From Candidatus Levyibacteriota bacterium (lineage in GTDB: Bacteria; Patescibacteriota; Microgenomatia; Levybacterales; UBA12049): a DNA stretch of 64,000 nt. Position numbers and translations under genes: made by a program. Under the pieces are notes generated by a model. That model saw only the letters and a program-made list of their open reading frames with translations. It had not been told where the DNA came from and did not search any database. Position 1 is the first letter of the stretch. Each line of letters begins with the position of its first letter. The stretch lies in NCBI GenBank assembly GCA_018061075.1, contig JAGOUW010000002.1, positions 38,944 to 102,943 on the forward strand, read 5' to 3'. This document shows, in pieces, positions 58,110 to 64,000 of this stretch.

Positions 58110-59426
58110 ATGAATTATAAATCTGAATTAGTTAAAAAGATTAATGATAAGTCTGCCAAGGTTGGAATCGTTGGAATGGGATACGTTGGGATGCCTTTGG
58201 CCGAACTTTCTTCTGGTGCTGGTTTTAAAACTGTGGGATTTGTAAGAAACCCTCAAAAAGCTACAAAAATTAATGATCTAAAAATAAAAAATTTAACTTC
58301 TACTATTGATAAAACCAAGATGTCTGAAGCTGATGTAGTTCTCGTTTGTGTTCAAACCCCAGTATTTAAGAATAAAATGCCTGACCTTAGAGCTTTAAAA
58401 GGAGCTTGTACGGAAGTATCAGAGCATCTAAGAGCTGGTCAATTAGTAGTAATTGAGAGTTCAATTGCTCCAGGAACTACAAGAAAAATTGCTCTTCCAA
58501 TACTAGAAAAAACAGGGTTAAAAGCTGGGACAGAATTCTTCTTAGCATTTTCACCTGAAAGAGTTGACCCAGGAAATTCTAAATTTAAATTAAATGAAAT
58601 TCCAAAAGTAGTATCTGGACTTGAAGAGAATTCATTTGAGGCAGTAGTATCTTTTTATGAAAAAATTATCGATAAGGTAGTTCCTGTTAGTTCTCTGGAG
58701 ACAGCGGAACTTACTAAAATCTTCGAAAATACATTTAGACTTATCAATATTAGTCTTGTAAACCAAGTTCATCAGTATGCAAAAGCAATTGATGTGGATA
58801 TGTGGGAGGTAATAGATGCTGCCGCTACAAAGCCTTTTGGGTTCTTAGCTCATTATCCAGGACCTGGAATCGGAGGACACTGTATTCCGGTGGACCCATA
58901 TTATTTAATAGAAGACGCTAAGAATTTAGGAATTGACTTAACTTTAGTTAAAGAAGCTGGAAGAATTAATGAAAATCAGCCTCAAAAAGTTGTTAAAAGA
59001 GCTGCGGAGATAATTTCTGCAAGCGTAAAGAAAACAAATCCACAGAACGGAATTCATTCTGTTTTTTCAAGGCTCATCGACGGGGTTCACTTAAAAGATT
59101 CTAATAATAAGAAAAAAGTTCTTTTAATTGGAGTTGCTTACAAACCAGATATTGATGATCACAGAGAATCTCCAGCGCATAGAATTTGGGAACTTTTTCA
59201 AAAAAGTGGATATGAAGTTTCATATCATGATCCATATATTCCAGAATTCATGGGAGAAAATTCAGTTGAGCTTAACGAAAAAACAATTGACGGAAGCGAT
59301 CTTTTAGTGATTACAACTAACCATAGTAGTGTTGATTATGAATGGCTTTCCAGCTTTAATAAACCAATACTCGACACTAGAAAAGTTAAGATTTCAGACC
59401 ATAATTCCCACGTATTCTCACTATGA
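58110..59426 (+). CDS. Nucleotide-sugar dehydrogenase (UDP-glucose/GDP-mannose dehydrogenase family)
   Basis: VGIVGMGYVGMPLA Rossmann motif, catalytic GGHCIPVDPYY, and C-terminal VAYKPDIDDHRESPA. Confidence 0.88.
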   Translation: MNYKSELVKKINDKSAKVGIVGMGYVGMPLAELSSGAGFKTVGFVRNPQKATKINDLKIKNLTSTIDKTKMSEADVVLVCVQTPVFKNKMPDLRALKGACTEVSEHLRAGQLVVIESSIAPGTTRKIALPILEKTGLKAGTEFFLAFSPERVDPGNSKFKLNEIPKVVSGLEENSFEAVVSFYEKIIDKVVPVSSLETAELTKIFENTFRLINISLVNQVHQYAKAIDVDMWEVIDAAATKPFGFLAHYPGPGIGGHCIPVDPYYLIEDAKNLGIDLTLVKEAGRINENQPQKVVKRAAEIISASVKKTNPQNGIHSVFSRLIDGVHLKDSNNKKKVLLIGVAYKPDIDDHRESPAHRIWELFQKSGYEVSYHDPYIPEFMGENSVELNEKTIDGSDLLVITTNHSSVDYEWLSSFNKPILDTRKVKISDHNSHVFSL

Positions 59427-60358
59427 AACTTGTTTTAGTCACTGGAGGAGCTGGCTTTATAGGTCAAAATCTTTGCCGTACTCTTCTCTCAAAAGATATT
59501 AAGGTTATCGCAATCGATAATTTTATAACCTCAAATTCAAAAGCTGTAAATGAGTTAAAAAAGAACAGAAACTTCTCTTTTATTAAGCACGATATTACTA
59601 AAAAACTTCCAAAATCCTTAGAAAACAAGAAAATTGATGTCATTTTTCACCTAGCTTGTCCAACAGGAGTTGATAATCTTTTAAGGCTTGGAGGAGAAAT
59701 GCTTTTTACCTCAGCAATTGGTACAAAAAACGTAATGGAGTTAGCAAGAAAGACAAAATCAAAGGTAGTTTTTACTTCTTCATCTGAAGCTTATGGAAAC
59801 CCTGAGGTTTTTCCTCAAACAGAAGATTATGAAGGAAAAGTCAGTCCTACAGGCTACAGAAGTACATATGAAGAGGGGAAAAGGTTTGGGGAAAGTGTTG
59901 TAATGTTTTACTTTAGAGCATTTGGAGTTGACGCGAGGGTCATTAGAGTATTTAATACATATGGGCCAGGAATGAGCAGAAGTGACGCAAGAGTCATGCC
60001 AAGATTCATGAATCAGTGCATGAAGGGAGAAAATTTGACCGTAGAAGGCAAAGGAACTCAAACAAGAACACTTTGTTATGTAGACGATTTAGTAGCAGGG
60101 TTGATTATGGTTGCTCAAAAAGGAAAAAAGGGAGAAGTTTATAACTTAGGAAATGATAATGAAACAAAAATAATTGATTTAGCTAAAATGGTTATAAAAA
60201 TAACAAACAAGAATCTTAAAATTAAATTTATCGAACGACCAAGTCATGACCATGACAGAAGGCTTCCGAATCTTTCAAAAATGAAAAAACTTGGATGGAC
60301 TCCTAAGGTTAATTTGGAAGAAGGAATTAGGAGGACTGCGCAGTGGTATGGTTTCTAG
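59423..60358 (+). CDS. UDP-glucuronate decarboxylase-like SDR (UDP-xylose synthase family)
   Basis: VLVTGGAGFIGQNL, SSSEAYG and YEEGKRFGE motifs match the UXS signature. Overlaps the upstream dehydrogenase gene by 4 nt. Confidence 0.8.
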   Translation: MKLVLVTGGAGFIGQNLCRTLLSKDIKVIAIDNFITSNSKAVNELKKNRNFSFIKHDITKKLPKSLENKKIDVIFHLACPTGVDNLLRLGGEMLFTSAIGTKNVMELARKTKSKVVFTSSSEAYGNPEVFPQTEDYEGKVSPTGYRSTYEEGKRFGESVVMFYFRAFGVDARVIRVFNTYGPGMSRSDARVMPRFMNQCMKGENLTVEGKGTQTRTLCYVDDLVAGLIMVAQKGKKGEVYNLGNDNETKIIDLAKMVIKITNKNLKIKFIERPSHDHDRRLPNLSKMKKLGWTPKVNLEEGIRRTAQWYGF

Positions 60359-61566
60359 CTTTTTTTACTCTTGGATTTAACTTTACTTTCTGGGTAATAG
60401 TAGGTCTTCTTCGTTTAATTTATGAAAAGCTTTGGTCTCGTAAGAGAAATCTTGAGAAAAAATTAGAACCTCTCCCGATAAATTTTTCCGAAGTTGCTGC
60501 AATAGTTCCTGCTCACAATGAAGAAGAAAGTATAAGGAAAACAATTTCCGCACTTCTTGAGGTTTTACCCCCAAAAAACATCTATGTAGTGAGTGACTTC
60601 TCTACAGATAAAACTATTGAAATAATTCGTTCTATGGGCGTCAGGAGCCTTGATTTAAGGCCAAATAAGGGCAAAGCAAAGGCCTTAGTTTACATAATGA
60701 ATGAATATGGTCTACTTAAGGCATACAAGGCAATTCTTATTAATGATGCCGACTGCATAATCGACCCAAACTATTTACACTTAGCGCTTCAATATTTCAG
60801 AGATGAAAATGTAGCAGCTGTAAGTCCGCATGGGCAAACTAGATGGGGAAGAACTAAATTATCAGAGCTTTTCTTAATTTCATATAGAGCAAAGCTATGG
60901 AAAATAATGCAGTGGGGGCTTAGATTTGGTCAGACCTGGAAATTTGCTAATGCGAGTTATATCATTCCAGGGGCTTTTAGTATTTACAGAACTAGAGTTT
61001 TAGAACATTTAGAAATTGATGCACCTGGGCTTGTTATTGAAGATTTTAATATGACTTTTGAGGTTCAGAAAAAGAAGCTAGGGAAAATAATTTATGCCCC
61101 GGAAATAAAAGCAACTCATCAGGATCCTTACAGATTAGATGACTACATAAAGCAATTAAGACGCTGGAATGTTGGATATTGGCAGACAATTTTCAGACAT
61201 GGAATTTGGCCTAGTTTTTTATGGCTTACCATGGGGGCGTTTTTAATCGAATTAATTTTTTATAGTGTCTTTTTTCTAACAATTCCTTTGATATTTACAT
61301 TATTAATTTTAAATTCTCCAGATCCAGTAGCAGTGCCTGTTATCGGCAGAACATTTAGGCTGATTGATATTTTTATTGGAGTGTTCTTAATTGATTACTT
61401 AATGACCGTAGTTGTGGCAATTTCAGAGCGAAAACCGATAATGCTAATACTAGGGCTTGGATTTGTTTTTCTAAGATTTATTGACTCAATTATATTTTTT
61501 ATATCTATTCCAGAGGCGCTTTTTAAGAAATCTGATGGGACATGGACAAGTCCAAAGAGAGGTTAA
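60343..61566 (+). CDS. Processive family-2 glycosyltransferase with membrane domain (PgaC/NodC/cellulose-synthase-like)
   Basis: GTG start. N-terminal TM, then AAIVPAHNEEESI, VVSDFSTDKT, INDADC (DxD), EDFNMT (ED), QLRRW (QxxRW), and four C-terminal hydrophobic segments. Confidence 0.85.
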   Translation: MVWFLAFFTLGFNFTFWVIVGLLRLIYEKLWSRKRNLEKKLEPLPINFSEVAAIVPAHNEEESIRKTISALLEVLPPKNIYVVSDFSTDKTIEIIRSMGVRSLDLRPNKGKAKALVYIMNEYGLLKAYKAILINDADCIIDPNYLHLALQYFRDENVAAVSPHGQTRWGRTKLSELFLISYRAKLWKIMQWGLRFGQTWKFANASYIIPGAFSIYRTRVLEHLEIDAPGLVIEDFNMTFEVQKKKLGKIIYAPEIKATHQDPYRLDDYIKQLRRWNVGYWQTIFRHGIWPSFLWLTMGAFLIELIFYSVFFLTIPLIFTLLILNSPDPVAVPVIGRTFRLIDIFIGVFLIDYLMTVVVAISERKPIMLILGLGFVFLRFIDSIIFFISIPEALFKKSDGTWTSPKRG

Positions 61567-62621
61567 AGAGATTCTAAAACTTCCACAATTCTTTTGATTT
61601 CCTCTTCTTTTAATGCGGGATAAATTGGAATTGAAAGACAAGTGTTCGCCATCTCTAAAGAATTAGGATAATCTTTTTTATTTTCCGAAACGCAGTTGTA
61701 TAAAAGTTCATATTCCTTAATAGGGATAATTGCAGTTATTCTATTTTTTATAAATAATTTTTTTGCATCATCTCTTTTTTTTCTGCTAGTAAATTTAAGA
61801 ACAAAACGATAATAATTTGAATAATCGTCTTTAGAGTTTGGAAAGAAAGATATATTTTTGTCTTTAATTGTATTCTGGTATCTTAAACCAATCTCTCTTC
61901 TTCTTTTTATAAAACTATCCAGTTTTTTTAATTGAACATTTCCAACCGCGGCTGAAAGATCAGTCATCGGATAGTTAAATCTAACCTTATAATTTGTTCG
62001 CCCATTATAATCGATTGTATCTCTCATAAATTTAGCGCGTCTTTTATTATTAGTTAACACCATTCCACCCTGACCTGTTGTAATTAATTTTGTGGCATAA
62101 AAAGAAAATATGGTTAGGTCTCCATAAGATCCAATTGGTTTTCCTTTGTAAATTCCTCCAATTGATTGTGCGCAGTCATTGATAATTGGAATTCCAAGAT
62201 TTTCTAATTCTTCAATCTTCGCAAATGAACCTAGCATATGAGGCACTATTATCGCTTTAGTTTTATTTGTTATTTTTCTTTTTATTTGTTCTACGTCAAT
62301 ATCACAAGAATTTTTTTCTACATCAACTAGAACTGTTTTTGCGCCAGTGTAATTTATCGCATTTAATGGGTCGGCAACGGTAAAAGCTGAAAGAATAACT
62401 TCATCAGATTTTTTTACCCCAAGCGAAAGAAGAGCTAAATGAATTGCAGCAGTACCACTATTTAGCGCGACTGCATATTTAAATTTATTCATACTTGCAA
62501 TAGATTTTTCGAATTTTTTCACTTGAGAGTCAGCAATAATCCATTCACTTCTTATAACTTCGTCAACAGCATTAAGTTCATCTTTCCCAAGTAATGGTTT
62601 GTTATGTTTTATAATATTCAT
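61563..62621 (-). CDS. DegT/DnrJ/EryC1/StrS-family sugar aminotransferase
   Basis: 352 aa with FSFYATKLITTGQGGMV (PLP-lysine context) and N-terminal LNSGTAAIHLAL. Confidence 0.88.
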   Translation of the reverse strand: MNIIKHNKPLLGKDELNAVDEVIRSEWIIADSQVKKFEKSIASMNKFKYAVALNSGTAAIHLALLSLGVKKSDEVILSAFTVADPLNAINYTGAKTVLVDVEKNSCDIDVEQIKRKITNKTKAIIVPHMLGSFAKIEELENLGIPIINDCAQSIGGIYKGKPIGSYGDLTIFSFYATKLITTGQGGMVLTNNKRRAKFMRDTIDYNGRTNYKVRFNYPMTDLSAAVGNVQLKKLDSFIKRRREIGLRYQNTIKDKNISFFPNSKDDYSNYYRFVLKFTSRKKRDDAKKLFIKNRITAIIPIKEYELLYNCVSENKKDYPNSLEMANTCLSIPIYPALKEEEIKRIVEVLESL

Positions 62622-62622
62622 A

Positions 62623-63678
62623 TTATTTTAAATATTCCCAAATTCTTTCATCTTCTCCGCCAAATCTCCAAAATGCTACTCCGCCTGCGTTATATTTTTT
62701 AGCTAGGTCTATTCTGAGTCTTATGCTTTCAGCATTCTCAAACCAGATAACATTTTCTGCGCCATTTTCACTAAATGTGAGATAAGGAGTTTTAGATGTT
62801 TCATCCCAAATCGGAGTCAATTTATAAATATTTGCCTTAGACAAAACGTCTAAAAATGACATCTCGCTTTCAGTTGCTGTATGTGTGCCATCTGGATTTT
62901 TTGTCCACTGTGCACCCATGAGTCCAATTCCAAGGTAAACTTTCTGGCGAGGAACTTTATATGTTCCATATTTTAAAACTTGCTCCATCCATGAAAGTGA
63001 TCCGATTGGACCTGGTTCACTGAAAGCTCCGTGTTCAAGATAAGTCATAAAATAAAGCTGATCAGCGTGTTTTCCAATACTTCTTAAGTCTTGAGCATGT
63101 GAACCATTATCTTCAAGCGGGTTGTCTTCAGAGGTTTTAGGATGAATCGCAACTCCTAAGATTTTATCTTTTTTGTGGAGTTCTTTTGAAAGTTCTTCTA
63201 TGAAAAGAGAAAAGTCATCTTTTTGATAACTTTTTAAAGCCTCATAATCAATGTCAATTCCGTCAAAATTATTTTTTTCAACTAAATCAACCAAATCGTT
63301 TATGTGTTTTTCGCGTGCCTCTTTAGTAGCTATGACGTTGTCTACTCTTTTGTGATCCCATGTTCCATCTCCAGATTCACTTAAATTTGCGACAAGAGCT
63401 AAAACTTTTACATTATTATTGTGTGCAAATTCAATTATTGATTTGTCTTCAACAGCTCCTTTGTAGGCTCCCAGATTTCCATTTTCATCAATTTTGTACC
63501 AGAAGAGAGATACATAATCTACCTTATCAACGTTAGTTTTAAAGCTCTGTGCAGCTACATCCTGATCCCAGTAGGGAATCCAGCCAATTGTTTTAAGTGG
63601 TTTTTGCATTAGATTTATAAATGTAAATAATACACTAAAAATTAGAATCAAAACGATAAAAAAAGTTAATCTATTCAT
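62623..63678 (-). CDS. Glycoside hydrolase family 18-like protein, signal-anchored
   Basis: FDGIDIDYE catalytic-type motif (DxxDxDxE), then GVAFWRFG at the C-terminus. Start placed at ATG 63678 (MNRLTFFIVLILIF...), 1 nt downstream of the upstream gene's stop. The tracked GTG 63711 start would overlap that gene by 32 nt. Confidence 0.82.
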   Translation of the reverse strand: MNRLTFFIVLILIFSVLFTFINLMQKPLKTIGWIPYWDQDVAAQSFKTNVDKVDYVSLFWYKIDENGNLGAYKGAVEDKSIIEFAHNNNVKVLALVANLSESGDGTWDHKRVDNVIATKEAREKHINDLVDLVEKNNFDGIDIDYEALKSYQKDDFSLFIEELSKELHKKDKILGVAIHPKTSEDNPLEDNGSHAQDLRSIGKHADQLYFMTYLEHGAFSEPGPIGSLSWMEQVLKYGTYKVPRQKVYLGIGLMGAQWTKNPDGTHTATESEMSFLDVLSKANIYKLTPIWDETSKTPYLTFSENGAENVIWFENAESIRLRIDLAKKYNAGGVAFWRFGGEDERIWEYLK

Positions 63679-63679
63679 A

Positions 63680-64000
63680 TTAATTTGTAATAATCTCCAA
63701 CGCTTTTTCACGGTCTACATTTAAAAGTAAATCGATGATTGATAGATTGGGGCTAAATCCTACTCTATCGCTAAATTGTTGATCATATTCCTTACAATTC
63801 CAATTTTGTGTAACTAAGTTAATGTTGTTATTTTTGTAATATTCTTCGTCCATATATCCATTTTGCGCTGTTTCTCCATGAACATATTCAGTTGCTCCTA
63901 ACTTTTTACAAATTTCGACTGTCCATTCTGTTCCTTTTTGAAATCCTTCAGGTCTTTGGACACCTAATTCTGAACCTAGAATTATTTTCTTAAGTCTAAA
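63680..64000 (-). CDS. WbqC-family protein, C-terminal part (partial, runs off window)
   Basis: The minus-strand frame is open from the window edge: FRLKKIILGSELGVQRPEGFQKGTEWTVEICKKLGATEYVHGETAQNGYMDEEYYKNNNINLVTQNW...LSIIDLLLNVDREKALEIITN*. The xSIIDLLxN ending is as I remember it for WbqC-like proteins. Confidence 0.6.
   Translation of the reverse strand, partial: FRLKKIILGSELGVQRPEGFQKGTEWTVEICKKLGATEYVHGETAQNGYMDEEYYKNNNINLVTQNWNCKEYDQQFSDRVGFSPNLSIIDLLLNVDREKALEIITN

Noticed and set aside
1-64000. Alternative genetic code (UGA recoded, as in some CPR lineages such as Gracilibacteria/Absconditabacteria).
   Set aside because: TGA terminates several ORFs at the expected family length and at coupled junctions, for example kbl (ATGA at 30013-16) and 52663-53331. 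No conserved gene shows an in-frame TGA. The standard bacterial code fits.
1-64000. CRISPR arrays, rRNA genes, insertion sequences, and large dispersed repeats other than the pilin duplication.
   Set aside because: No regularly spaced short direct repeats, no rRNA-like conserved blocks and no transposase-like ORFs were seen on either strand. The non-coding space is too small to hide them.

Overview
AT-rich, very tightly packed bacterial chromosome segment. It uses the standard genetic code (TGA is used as a stop) and looks like a Candidate Phyla Radiation (CPR)/Patescibacteria-type reduced genome. That lineage call is an inference from gene content.

- **1-11.2 kb:** spc/alpha ribosomal-protein cluster (S17 3' end, L14, L24, L5, S14-Z, S8, L6, L18, S5, L15, SecY, Adk, an extra P-loop kinase, Map, IF-1, L36, S13, S11, S4, RpoA, L17, L13, S9). 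There is no room for an L30 gene.
- **11.2-39 kb:** housekeeping genes: idi-like/uppS, tRNA-Pro, recA-recX, RNase Y, HU, RNase P RNA, UvrD-type helicase-nuclease, RmuC, TsaD, GreA, kbl-tdh, an archaeal-type PPAT-DPCK fusion, class I LysRS, RdgB, SerRS, SecA. Orphan genes interrupt this stretch: a 639-aa protein at 12.6-14.5 kb, and two small ORFs behind a terminator-containing structured leader at 32.0-32.8 kb.
- **39.1-48.3 kb:** type IV pilus-like locus: PilB, PilC, four pseudopilins including a 990-aa one, a single-TM accessory protein, and two identical tandem major-pilin genes.
- **48.3-64 kb:** two envelope-glycan gene groups: GT-C-like membrane proteins, Dpm1-like GT2, epimerases, sugar dehydrogenase, UXS-like decarboxylase, processive GT2, DegT aminotransferase, GH18, WbqC. 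A 1,525-aa orphan transmembrane giant protein on the opposite strand splits them.

I saw no CRISPR array, rRNA, transposase or integrase.

Best candidates for something undescribed:
- the giant orphan protein and its glycan-gene neighbourhood
- the 639-aa orphan next to tRNA-Pro
- the leader plus two-ORF cassette at 32 kb
- the pilus locus with its giant pseudopilin and perfectly duplicated pilin
- the PPAT-DUF359 fusion

All functional calls come from reading the translations and motifs by eye. No database search was run.
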